Shown here one piece after another: positions 35,797 through 47,628 of a DNA stretch of 64,000 nt (position 1 is its first letter; the number at the start of each line of letters is the position of its first letter). Origin of the DNA: Ranitomeya imitator (taxonomy: Eukaryota); NCBI RefSeq assembly GCF_032444005.1, contig NC_091286.1, forward strand, positions 87,296,001 through 87,360,000, read 5' to 3'. The notes beneath the pieces are model-generated. The model made no database searches, was not told the DNA's origin, and saw only the letters and a program-made list of their open reading frames with translations. A program made the translations under genes and the position numbers.

Positions 35797-35853
35797 GAAG
35801 CAGGGCGCGTCCGAGGGTGAGTATATTCCTATTATCGTCACTCATCCTTTCCA

Positions 35854-38673
35854 GTGAGTGACGAAAATTGTATTATTAAATGGGAAGAAATTTGTACGAA
35901 ATCATCTCTCCAATTTATGGAATTATTAATTGAATTAAATAAGAAATCTGTCACGGCTGTGGAAGCTGAGATAGATGAGCTGTTTGGTAATCTCAAAGAT
36001 GTATCTACTGCAGAGAACTTGGTTACCTTTAATGCTACCATGGACAAAAATTCAGATGATTGGGAGAAACAAATTAAAACTATTCACTCTAAAAAGATAT
36101 TACGTGACAACAATGATTACCAACAGGGTATAGTATATAGGAGGAGGAATCGTGGTCTTAGGAGAGAAAGATCGGTATCCTTCTCATCTGTATCATCCTC
36201 GGGTGAAACTTCAGATACTTCCCATCATTCTATGAGAACTAGATTTGGGAATGATCATAAGAGGAAGAAGGAACAGAAAACGGATACAAATAAACGCACT
36301 CCTGGCCCCACTGCACGGAATGATTCACTGAAGGTGATTAACCTGTCCGATCATGTGTTTACTAGTGAGGAGATTTTTGTGTTATCTAAAGGTTTAACTT
36401 TCTCTCCCAGCACAAGATGTGACAAATTTACAGTCATTAAGGACTTGCACGTGTTTGGACGATCACTTCTCTTTAAGAAATGGTATCATAGTGAGGAAAT
36501 TCAAAAATTATTCCCTTTACCATCTGAACAAGCAGCATTGAGGACATTGGAGGAGCTGGCTGTTGAGCATCAGGGTCCATCCTTGGGTAAGGTTCCTCTT
36601 TCCCTTCGCCCTAAATCCACAAAATTTCCCCCTCTATCTGCATGTCCTAATGTTGAGATTTTTGTTCAACTTGCCACTAATGATCTTGACAATATTCCAT
36701 CGGGTATTTATCATAACAATCTGACCATCTCTCAGCATCAATGTATTAAACGCCTTAATAATTTGAAGGACATTGTAATAAAACCGGCCGACAAAGGCGG
36801 AAATATTGTTGTCTGGCCTACCAAGCTGTACGAAGCTGAGGCGCACCGTTTGTTAAAAAATATGGCATGTTATAAAAAACTAACATTTAATCCCTTATCT
36901 TTATATAAGGAACAATTACGGAAAATTCTTTGGAATGCAGAGGAGAGGCATTTAATTACTACGGAAGTACGTGACATTCTATTGGTTAAGGATCCTCGAA
37001 TACCAACATTATACCTTTTGCCTAAGGTTCATAAGAGTCTGCAGGTTCCCCCAGGTAGGCCTATTATATCGGGGGTGGGTGGCCTTACGGAGGGCATCGG
37101 GAGATATATTGACTCGTTCCTCAAGCCCCTGGTGGAGACGATCCCATCTTACACCAGGGATACGTCTGATTTTTTAAAAAAGATTGACTCGATTCACATT
37201 GACGAGGATATGATCCTCGCCACTTGTGATGTCGAGTCGTTATATACTAACATTCGCCACCAGGATGGCTTGAGGGCGGTCTCCTATTTTCTGACCATGA
37301 CGGACCTATCACCTGATGATACTGATTTTTTGTTGGTATTGCTTGAATTTTTACTTACCAAAAATTTTTTTCTTTTTAACGGGTCCTTCTTCCTACAGCT
37401 CCAGGGAACAGCAATGGGGGCGGCTTGTGCACCCTCGTATGCTAATTTGTTCCTGGGGCTGTGGGAGTGGGACCTGTTCTCGTCGGATCGGGGTGTGTCG
37501 ATGGAGCGGGTCATTTTCTGGGCCCGCTACATCGACGACATTTTCCTGATCTGGCGAGGGACCCCTACTGAGTTGGATTTGCTTTTTCAAACCCTAAATA
37601 ATAATGAGTTAAATATTCATTTATCCTTTAATTCCAGTTATCATCAGGTCGAATTTTTGGATGTCTTGGTCAGAAGGGGTCCTGATGGTCTCTTGTCCTC
37701 TGATGCCTTCCGTAAGGTCACGGCTGTGAACTCGGTCCTCCACGCTAGCTCCTCCCATCCTCCTCATGTGGTCAACGCGGTCCCTACGGGACAATTTCTT
37801 CGCATTAAAAGGATTTGTTCCGATACATCGGACTTCGAGAGTAGAGCCAAAGAAATGAAGGCCCGATATTTGGAGAGAGGCTATAGCAGAAGATCTATCA
37901 AGAGGGCATACAATAGAGCGAGAAATACGGATCGTCATCAATTGCTGTATGCATCCAAAAAGAGAGAACCAAGCAACCAGGTAAGGTTGGTCACCACGTA
38001 TAACTCTCAGTGGCGTAATTTGTATGAGATTATGGATAAACACTGGCCTATACTTTTGGCGGATCCTATACTAAGGCAATACTTACCATCTAAACCATCA
38101 TTGACAGCCAGGAGATCCCCGAATTTGGGGGACATGCTTGTTAGGAGTTACTATACACCTAAAACTCCACCCTCTATTTTCTGTACTGGCCAACAGAAAC
38201 CATTGCCATCTTGGGGGTGCAAGCCATGCGGAAAGTGTGTGGCATGCCCGAACATTGTGTCCGCCAAAGATTTCATCTCAACAGATGGTCGTGTTTTTAA
38301 AATAACACATACCATCACTTGCAGTACAACAGCTGTAGTTTACTACGCGTTTTGTCCATGTAGTAAAATCTACATTGGTTTGACAACAAGGGCCCTCAAG
38401 GTTAGAGTAAGGGAACATTTTAGGGACATCTTGGCTGCCAAAGAGGAAAATAACATGGATCTTTTGGAAAGTGTACCGAGACACTTTAAACAACATCATG
38501 CTTGTGATCCATCGGTATTTAAAGTTAAAGGAATTGACTGTGTCCACTTAAATCTTCGGGGTGGTAATGTGGGACGCTTGCTAGCCCAGAAGGAGGCCCG
38601 CTGGATTTGGGAACTACGCACAATATACCCACAAGGTCTCAATGAAATGATAAGCTATGCTCCATTCCTCTGA
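35854..38673 (+). CDS. Penelope-like (Neptune-type) RT plus GIY-YIG endonuclease ORF; open for 939 codons, probably 5'-truncated
   Basis: KPADKGGNIVVW, GRPIISG, DVESLYTNI, GTAMGAACAPSYANL and RYIDDIF RT motifs. Cys linker CKPCGKCVAC; GIY-YIG VVYYAFCPCSKIYIGLTTR..RVREH; C-terminal EARWIWELRTIYPQGLNE. No upstream in-frame ATG. Confidence 0.93.
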   Translation: MSDENCIIKWEEICTKSSLQFMELLIELNKKSVTAVEAEIDELFGNLKDVSTAENLVTFNATMDKNSDDWEKQIKTIHSKKILRDNNDYQQGIVYRRRNRGLRRERSVSFSSVSSSGETSDTSHHSMRTRFGNDHKRKKEQKTDTNKRTPGPTARNDSLKVINLSDHVFTSEEIFVLSKGLTFSPSTRCDKFTVIKDLHVFGRSLLFKKWYHSEEIQKLFPLPSEQAALRTLEELAVEHQGPSLGKVPLSLRPKSTKFPPLSACPNVEIFVQLATNDLDNIPSGIYHNNLTISQHQCIKRLNNLKDIVIKPADKGGNIVVWPTKLYEAEAHRLLKNMACYKKLTFNPLSLYKEQLRKILWNAEERHLITTEVRDILLVKDPRIPTLYLLPKVHKSLQVPPGRPIISGVGGLTEGIGRYIDSFLKPLVETIPSYTRDTSDFLKKIDSIHIDEDMILATCDVESLYTNIRHQDGLRAVSYFLTMTDLSPDDTDFLLVLLEFLLTKNFFLFNGSFFLQLQGTAMGAACAPSYANLFLGLWEWDLFSSDRGVSMERVIFWARYIDDIFLIWRGTPTELDLLFQTLNNNELNIHLSFNSSYHQVEFLDVLVRRGPDGLLSSDAFRKVTAVNSVLHASSSHPPHVVNAVPTGQFLRIKRICSDTSDFESRAKEMKARYLERGYSRRSIKRAYNRARNTDRHQLLYASKKREPSNQVRLVTTYNSQWRNLYEIMDKHWPILLADPILRQYLPSKPSLTARRSPNLGDMLVRSYYTPKTPPSIFCTGQQKPLPSWGCKPCGKCVACPNIVSAKDFISTDGRVFKITHTITCSTTAVVYYAFCPCSKIYIGLTTRALKVRVREHFRDILAAKEENNMDLLESVPRHFKQHHACDPSVFKVKGIDCVHLNLRGGNVGRLLAQKEARWIWELRTIYPQGLNEMISYAPFL

Positions 38674-38784
38674 TTCATTTGTCATCTCAACGAAATGATA
38701 AGCTATGCTCCATTCCTCTGATTCATCTGTCATCGAATTTTTTATTGGCCTCGTCAGGGGTTTTTAACTTGGTTTTATTATTAA

Positions 38785-39225
38785 TTGTGTTTAGGCCTGC
38801 CGGGCCTACACATGATACCATGGTCTGCAGCCTTTTCCATCTTCTCTCCCATCGAGTACATTTGGGATATTATTGCTTGGCAATTGCAAATGGAGCTGAC
38901 ATTAGTCAGCTTTGACAACCAAGGGCCCGCTGAAGACTTCTGTGCCTGTCATCACACAGCTCCTTTGAAATCTGCCATCACCAACAAAGACTTTTTTACG
39001 AAGTATTACATTTCATCAAGCATGTTCAACACTTTTTTCCTGTGTCATTTCTCATTAGTACACATAACTTAATTTATGGACATCTATGCATTGATTTCTC
39101 TGACTGTGTCAATTGGATGAATTGTTATCGACATCTAGTGAGAATTTCATGTCAATAGCACCTCTAGAAATATATTTAATTAGAAAATTGATGTCCTTTT
39201 CAATACTTATTATTTCACGTGTTGT
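38785..39225 (+). mobile_element. Tc1 3' remnant
   Basis: IPWSAAFSIFSPIEYIWDII (a WPxxSPDLxPIE derivative) and a TIR-like end followed by TA. Confidence 0.65.
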
Positions 39226-39255
39226 ATGTGTATTGCTCTATACGTAAAAGTCCGA

Positions 39256-39307
39256 TCTATCAAAATCAATATAAAAAATAATCGTCTAAGGGGCACTTTC
39301 GTCTGTT

Positions 39308-39339
<32 letters not shown>

Positions 39340-41023
39340 ATGGAAACCCCGCATCACTGCCGGCCGCGACCAATCAGCAACGGGCACAGTCTGGCCGCAA
39401 ATTTGCTCCTTCCTACTCTCTGTCAGTGCCCCCTCTATACTCCCATCCAGTCAGCGCTCGCACAGGGTTAATGGCTGCATTACACCGCGTTATGCCGCAG
39501 TGTAACACAGTCTGTTAACGCTGCTATTAACCCTGTGTGACCAACTTTTTACTATTGATGCTCCGGGCCATGCATTGCGGTCTCGCGAGACCGCTACATC
39601 ATCATCTCGCGAGACCGCAATGCATTCTTGGGACCGGAGCATCGCGAAGAGCATCGCTAAACGCCTCGCCTGGATCCAGGGGCCGCCAGAAAGTGAGTAT
39701 ATAACTATTTTTTATTTTAATTCTTTTTTTTAAACAGGGATATGGTGCCCACATTGCTATATACTATGTGGGCTGTGTTAAATACTACGTGGGCTGTGTT
39801 ATATACTGCATGGGCTGTGTTATATACTACATCTCTGTGCTATATACTACACGGGCTGTGCTATATACTACATCGCTGTACTATATACTACATGGGCTGT
39901 GCAATATATTACATAGCTGAGCAATATACTACGTGGCTTTGTTATATATTGCGTGAGCTGTGCTTTATACTATGTGAGCTGTGCTATATATTACCTGAGC
40001 TGTGCTATATACTACGTAGCTGTGCAATATATTATGTGGCTGGGCAATATACTACGTGGCTGTGTTATATACTGCATGAGCTGTGCTATATACTACGTGA
40101 GCTGTGCTATATACTACATGGCTGTGTTATATACTATGTGGGCTGTGCTATATACTATGTAGCTGTGCAATATACATGGCTGGGCAATATACTACGTAGC
40201 TGTGCTATATACTACGTGGCTGTGTTATATACTTCGTGGCCTGTTTTATATACTATGTGAGCTATGTTATATACTACATGGGCTGTGCTATATACTGTAT
40301 GGGTTGTGTTACACACTGCATGGGCTGTGCTATATACTACGTGTGCTGTTATACACTGCGTGGGCTGTGTTATATACTACGTGGGCTGTGCTATATACTA
40401 CGTGGGCTGTGTTATACACTGCGTGGGCTGTGCTATATACTACGCAGGCTGTGCTATATACTACGTGGGCTGTGTTATACACCGTGTGGGCTGTGCTATA
40501 TACTATGTGGCTGTGCTATATACTACGTGGCTGTGCTATATGCTATGTGGCTGTGTTATATGCTATGTGGCTGTGCTATATGCTATGTGGGCTGTGCTAT
40601 ATGCTACGTGGGCTGTGCTATATGCTACGTGGGCTGTGTTATATACTACGTGGCCTGTGCTATATACTACATGGCCTGTGCTATATGCTATGTGGCTGTG
40701 GTAGATTTCTCTGCTGTATCTGTGCATCATAAATCGTGGTATGTGTTATAGAGGGGGGCCCACTGAGACTCTTTCACCTGGGCCCTCAAAAACCTGAAGT
40801 CGGCCCTGGCTTCACTGATTGGTCACACCCAGCCAGACGCGAACAATCAGCGACAGGCGCAATCCGGCTGCAAATTGGCGTTGAATTTGAACCACGCATC
40901 GCTAATTGGTCGCGCCCGGCTGGCCGAATCCGGTGTATAAATTGCATTATTCTGAAAAATTAATAAATAAACTACATACATATTCGAGAATACCCGATGC
41001 TTTAGAATCGGGCCACCATCTAG
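39256..41023 (+). mobile_element. Non-autonomous Helitron
   Basis: Inserted between A and T, with 5' TC and 3' CTAG. Subterminal hairpin CCCGAT/ATCGGG at 40993-41012; no TSD. Confidence 0.85.
39760..40700 (+). repeat. ~21-24-bp minisatellite (GTGGGCTGTGCTATATACTAC)n within the Helitron; (CTGT)n microsatellite at ~39300-39340
   Basis: Directly visible periodic sequence. Confidence 0.95.
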
Positions 41024-42039
41024 TATAAAAATAATTAACCAGATGGGTAAATACCATAAACAGAAAAAGAATTAAAAACTTCAAAATTGCATATATTTTT
41101 GATAACTACAAAACTGTTAAAGATTATATAAGAAGCAATCAAAATGTCATTTCTATCCACAAATAGAAATGATAAAATATAAAGATTATTATTATTATAA
41201 AATCCTCAAATAGCTCTATTGACCAAAAAAAAATGCTCCAGGTCTCAATTTTCTGATTTTCTGAGGAGCCCTGGTGCCTCACAGCACCCAAGCTGCAAGA
41301 TTGAGTCCCTATGACTCCAGGCTGCACCACCCCACAAGCACAAAACCACAGCAACAATGGCCACCACACAGCATGGAGAACAGCTGATCGGCGGCGGTGC
41401 TGGGCGTCGCACCCCCATCAATCAGACATTGATGACCTAACCTAAAGATAGGTCATCAATGTTAACATAGGGGATAATCTATTTAAGCATTATGTCCTTA
41501 GTGTAATGAGATATCATAGTTATAAATTGTTTGGAAAGATTTTTTAATGCTATTTAATTTTTCATGCATAGTTATGATGATATTATTTCTTGCCATGAAT
41601 ATTTGAAATCCTACTAGTTTCCGCTGACCAAGTGTACATTACTCTTAGCACATTTAGAGTAATTAAAATTCTATTTTTTTTAAACTAACACAATAAATTA
41701 GATTCTTACATAATAGTGTATGAGGATATGATAATCATGTAAGAATGTCAGATAATTAACCTTTCTTGCATATTTTATTTCTCAGTGAAAATATTAATTA
41801 TATGACATACGGTAATTTGGAAGACTCTATAGAAGTCGAAACAAATATTGTAATTATTTTCTTTTAATTTTATTCAAAGCTACAGTATCCTACAGCGGTT
41901 AGATATAATGCTATTATGTCGGTGTATTACTTTAAAATGTTACACATATTTTTGGCACTGTAAATGCCACAGTTATTCTTGGGACTGTACAAACTTGGCC
42001 AGTTATTGTTGCATTCCTATGAACCTATACTCATTGGCA

Positions 42040-42690
42040 ACATCCACAGTAAGCGAGACTGGTGAACACCTCTACTGGGGTCCGTGCGATTTGCACAGTT
42101 GTATTGTTAGTCTATATGCCTGAAAGTGTGGCCTGTGGGGGAGGGCCCATTGTTGCTGAGTGCCTTTTAATTATGGTAACCCCTTTGTCATGCTCCTGGA
42201 TTAAATCCCTTGAGTTTATGTATTATAGTCTGCTTCTCTTCCTGCTGAGCCACAGAAGACACCTATTTTCTCTGTGTGTTTGGGTTCTGCTATTCTGGCT
42301 GCAGTCTTTCTAGTTTAACCTGGGTGTTTTTCATTTACTCTGTTTGTCTATCCTATTACTTTCTAGCGCAGCTTTATATACCTTCCCCTACTGATGTTTA
42401 CTGCTGGTGATAGATTTTGTTCAATAAATTTACTTGGCTGTAGTTTTTGTTGGTTGCAGTTGTTTTGTATGTGATTCCTTTATTATTTAGGGAACTGCTA
42501 CTCTAGCTATCCTAGGAACTACTAAGGATATTGAGGGTAATCTGCCGTCAGTTGGGAGCACCATTATCTTAGGGTGCCAACCTCCAAGGTCAGGCAGGGA
42601 CAGACCATGGTCAGAGAAGGGCTTTACTAGTCTGAACAGGGACCTGTCAGGTTCAGGTATTTGTTTTCCTGGTTTGTACATTACCTCACA
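42040..42690. mobile_element. Probable degraded solo LTR
   Basis: LTR-like composition with TATA and AATAAA and a ...CACA end. Left boundary uncertain. Confidence 0.35.
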
Positions 42691-42699
42691 ATTAAGCAT

Positions 42700-43660
42700 G
42701 AAGCTTTGCTTGAGGACCAGGTGGGGATGGAGGAAGATATAACACAGAGAGGTTGTATTCAGGCCAGCCTCATCTCATCTGCTCAGCGCAGATTGGGTAA
42801 CAATGAGGAGGTGGACGCTGAGGAGTAGGAAGAGGATGAACAATAGCTGGCGAGTAGCGCAACAGAGGCTAGAAGCCATACAACCTGTGTCCCGTTTCTC
42901 TTTATCTTGGATGGCTAAGGATAGGAATGAGGAGGAAGAGAGGGGGGAGAGGGAGGTGATGGAGAGTCATCATCATGGTGGAGACAGGGAAGTGTTGGCT
43001 GTATTGACCTTGGCACATATGGCTAACATTATGTACCGCTGCCTTTCCCATGATCCTTGTGTTACATTCATCTTGGCAAAAAAAGTACTGGTTGTTCATC
43101 CTGCAAGACGCACACTACAAGGAGAACTCTACATCTCTTCATCCTGAGGTGGTGAGATCTTCTAAAATGGTGCTATGCCAGATGGCCAATGTGGAAAATA
43201 TGTTGAAACAATTCCCATCAGACTATGCTAGTGGCAGCGGGCAAGCTTTCTTGCCCTTGCCCAACCAGGAAGGAAAGACACACAGTAGAATGATGGTTAC
43301 ACTGTCAAAGGCGTGGGCCAATTTTATGACACCAGCCCAGTGCCCAGGGCCTGATGACCGGGTATTTTTGACAAGGAGGGAAAAGATTTTATAGATGGTC
43401 AAGCAATACATGGCTGACCAAACCAGGGTACTGTGACGTTTTGTGACTTTCCACTATTGTCTCTCAAAGCTGGACACCTGGCATGAGCTGTCCCTCTATG
43501 CCTTAGAGGTGTTGTGCTGACCTGCTGTTAGCATCTTATCTGAGCGGGTTTTTAGTGCCACTGGAGGGGTCATAACAAACAGGTGCTTTCTCCTGTCAGC
43601 AGATGATGCTGACAGGCTCACTTTCAGCAAAGCCTGGATTAGCCCACACTTTTCCATATC
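42700..43660 (+). pseudogene. Old hAT transposase C-terminal remnant
   Basis: LAHMANIMYRCLSHDPCV...; KLDTWHELSLYALEVLC*PAVSILSERVFSATGG. Confidence 0.8.
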
Positions 43661-43821
43661 ACCAGTTGTCTGCAGCAAATAAAGTGTTTGTAATATTTAA
43701 TATTTTAATGAAGCCCTTCAGTTGTTGCCTTTCAGGGGTCTATGAATGACATCAACTACACTTTCAAAGTATTTTAGTTCAATATTTTTTATGGATTCAA
43801 TGGCTCATCCATACAGTTTAA

Positions 43822-46800
43822 CCCCTTAAGGACCAACCCACTTTGTAGGTTAATGACCAGGCCTTAAATTTGAAATCTGACCACTGTCACTTTATGTGGT
43901 TATAACTCTGAAATGCGTCCATGGATCCCGCTGATTATGAGATTATTTTTTGTGACATATTGTACTTCCTGTTAGTGGTAAAATTTCTTCAAAATAACTT
44001 GTGTTTATTTATGAAAAAACGGAAATATGGCGAAAATTTCTAATATTTTGCAATTTTCAAACTTTTAATTTTTATGCCGTTAAATCAGAGAGATATGTGT
44101 AACACCCCAGGTAACCGGTTGTTACAGTGATGTTGCCATCCTTTCGGGGAGGGTAATGTCATGCTTGGAGGCAAGGCCCCTACATGCAACACATTCTGAA
44201 TCCAGGCCTGAAGGGGGAGCCCTGAACCAAGATTCAGGGGAGCTTCCCCCCAGACTTATGTACTCTGGTCTTAAGGAGGCATTAGTGAGTTCAGTGGAGG
44301 AGAGTGAAGATAGAGGAGTGAGAGCAGAGAGTGGGGCCGTGCAGCCACGTGTGAGTTGTAGTTCCAGAACGGAAGATAACCTGAAGGGTTGGAATGTTAG
44401 TGAGCATCTGAGGAAAGGAGCAAAGGAGAAGGAAAGGGCTTAGAGGGGAACTGTGACCGGGCACCTTCTGAGCCGAAGCGCAGCAACAGGGCACAGGGAG
44501 CCCGAGGTTGTGTTGAACTCTAGGTTGCACAGCAGAACCGGAAGGTAAAGAACTTTATGTAAGTTGCCCGCACCCACACCTGAAGGTGCAGCAGTACACA
44601 AAGAGCCCGGGTCATGATAGAGACCCTATATAAAGGCTCAAACTGCCCACCATAAGGGTAACTGTCCCAGGACAGGAGAGAAAGGACTTTGTCAGGGAGC
44701 CACAGGCAGCAAGGACCTCACATACGAGCGCGAGCAGGAAGGCTTACGGACCTCACCTGGGAGAGGGATCCACCATTGCCTCCAGGACGGCCGGACCATA
44801 TCACCACCTTTTGTTGGTACCCTGGACTGTGGCCTGATTCAAGCAGTAAACCAGGTAAAGACATTACAATCCTGTGTTCTCTATTTATTTGCCGGAATCC
44901 ACCACACCATCCCTACTCAGCACACCGGGAGCCCTGGGGTCCCTGCTTCACTTGTGGAAGCGATACCATCTTGCTGCTGTACAATCACCCCAAGAGGACC
45001 CCTTTAAGCAGCGTCGGTCACCACTGACCAAGAACCACAGGTGGCGTCGCAAACTTTTATTGCTTTACAACTCCCTTTAAAAACTATCCATTTTACTTGG
45101 GCGCCCAGTGTCACGGACCTGGACGCAGCCACAGTGAAATCCCCTTTAAGTACCGAACCTGGCACCGAGCACCCCTAGGCCCTGGCGCGCGACTCATATG
45201 TCACACAAAATACTTAATAAATAACTTTTCCCATATGTCTATATCAGCACAATTTTGGAATCAAAATGTATTTTTGTTAGGAAGTTATAAGGGTTAAAAT
45301 GTAACCACGGATTTCTCATTTTGTCAACAAAATTTACAAAACCATTTTTTTAGGGACCACATCACATTTGAAGTCACTTTGAGGAGTCAATATGAAAGAA
45401 AACACCTAAAAGTGACACCATTCTAAAAACTGCACCCCTCATTGTGCTCAAACCACATTCAAAAAGTTTATTAACCCTTCAGGTGCTTCACAAGAATTGA
45501 AGCAATATGGAAGGAAAAACGAACATTTAATTTTTTTAACAAAAATTTTAATTCGGACACAATTTTTTTTATTTTGTCATGGGTATCAGGAGAAAATGAA
45601 CTACAATATTTGTTGTGCAATTTTTCCTGAGTACACCGATACCCCATGTGTGGAGAAAGACCACTCTTTAGGCACACGGCAGGGCTCGGAAGGGAAGGAG
45701 CGCCGTTTAAGGTCTTGAACGTAAAATTGGATGGAATCGAGATCAGATGCCATGTCACGTTTGGAGAACCTCTGATGTACCTAAACATAAGTGACCCGAT
45801 CTTGGAAACTAGACCTCCTGGGGAACTTATCTAGATGTGCTTATAACATAGAGCCGTGAAAATAAAAAATCATATTTTTTCCACAAAAATTATATTTTTG
45901 CCCCCAAATTTTTATTTTCCCAAGGGTAATAGGAGAAATTGGACCCCAAAAGTTGTTGTGCAATTTGTTCTGAGTACGCTGATACCCGATATGTGGGGTG
46001 GAACCACTGTTTGGGCGCATGGCAGAGCTCGGAAGGGAAGGAGCACCGTTTTGGAATGCAGACTTTGATGGAATGGTCTGCGGGCGTCATGTTGCATTTG
46101 CAGAGCCCCTGATATGCCTAAACAGTGGAAACCCCCCACAAGCGACATTGTTTTGGAAACTAGACGCCCAAGGAACTTATCTAGATGTGTGGTGAGCACT
46201 TTGAACCCCCCAAGTGCTTCACAGAAGTTTATAACGTAGAACCATGAAAATAAAAAAATCATATTTTTTCCACAAAAATGATCTTTTTGCCCCCAAATTT
46301 TTATTTTCCCAAGGGTAACAGGATGTGGGGGTAAACCACTGTGATCGACTTACTGCGATCTTTGGGAGGCAGAATGAACAAATCCACAAAAGGTGAAGAA
46401 TTGGTTTTATCTTTTACACTGTTCCTCAAGCGGTATTAGTGATAAGGCAACTTTATTCTTCAGGTCAGTGCGATTACAGCTATACTATATTTACAGTATA
46501 TCTTTTTTATGTTTAGCTTATGTCACACACAGATGCTTTTTTTAAAAATAATTTTTTGTAAGAAGTTTTTGCATCGCCGTATTTTGAAAGCTGTAATTTT
46601 TCCATATTTCGGCCGACAGAGTCATGTGACAGCTTATTTTTTGTGGGAAGACCTGACGTTTTTATTGATTTGATACCATTTTCTGAGAGCTATAACTTTT
46701 AGTTTTTTCTTCTGATGGAGCTGTATGGTGGCTTGTTTTTTGCCAGACAAGATGGCACTTTCAGTGATACTATTTGTATTACCTTTCGTTTTTTTGATCG

Positions 46801-47628
46801 CGTTTTATTCAACTTTTTCCAAGCGGTATGATGATACCGCTTGGAAAAAGTATAATTTGCTACTTTTTTGTTTTTTATGGCATTTTCTGAAGGGGTTAAC
46901 TAGTGTGATACTTTTAATCAATCGGAACATTGTGTACTTTTTTGTTTATTTTTTTTCTTACATAAAATATGTATTTATTAGTGCATTTTTTAAATTATTT
47001 TTTAATATTTTTTTGCTTCTTTTTTACCTAGCTCTTTTATGGGACTTTCAATTTTTTCACTTCTGTTGCAGATATAATGCATTGCAATACACTAGCATTA
47101 CAATGTATTATACCTATGCTTAAAGCTTCTGAGACCATTCTGTGAGCATGGTCTCAGATGCTTTCCGTAGCTGGATGACCTGAAGGTAGTCATGATGACC
47201 CTGGGTCATCATGGCAGAGACCGGGCTCTGCGATGACGTTGCGGGGACGCCGATCTGAAGGCAGAGGGAGCTCCAGTCCCTCTGCCTCCCTCTGAACCAT
47301 GTGATCCCGCAGCAATTAGCCACTGGCAGAGCTGAGCTGCTGCACTGATCAGGCCAGAAGTGCTGATATTTCAGCATCTTCTGCGTGGTCATGTTGTGAT
47401 CAGTCAGTCAGATTCACCGACTAACAGCATTCTGGGTGCAGGGACCAGCGGCATGGGTCCTTGCACCTCTTCCCATGCTGATCAGCTGTCATAGACAGCT
47501 GTCGGCACTGAACTACCACTGTGTGTACACTCAGTGGTAATTTAAATGCATGAGGGACACAGTCTGTCCTGGTGCAGGAACTTATAACCGTCCATGGCGG
47601 ACTGTGTCCGTCGATGGACGTGAAGGGA
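43822..47628. mobile_element. Non-autonomous piggyBac-type element with internal repeats
   Basis: TTAA-CCCCTT start and AAGGGA-TTAA end; no transposase. Recurrent internal blocks at ~45400-46330. Confidence 0.75.
44098..45196. mobile_element. Solo LTR inserted in the piggyBac element
   Basis: TGTAACACC...GACTCA termini with TATG duplicated on both sides. Same family as 29743-30828. Confidence 0.85.

Noticed and set aside
35817-35854. Possible intron GTGAGT...CCTTTCCAG at the start of the PLE ORF
   Set aside because: It is only 38 nt, too short for a vertebrate intron. The donor lies in hAT-derived sequence, and the acceptor-like bases translate as a native-looking SFPVSDE.
33884-38790. A single TSD-bounded insertion covering both PLEs
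   Set aside because: No direct repeat is found at the outer junctions and the MITE's right end is missing, so deletion has obscured the original boundaries.
39742-40751. Long Cys/Tyr-rich ORFs in all three frames
   Set aside because: These are translations of the minisatellite. Being open in several frames reflects the unit sequence, not coding.
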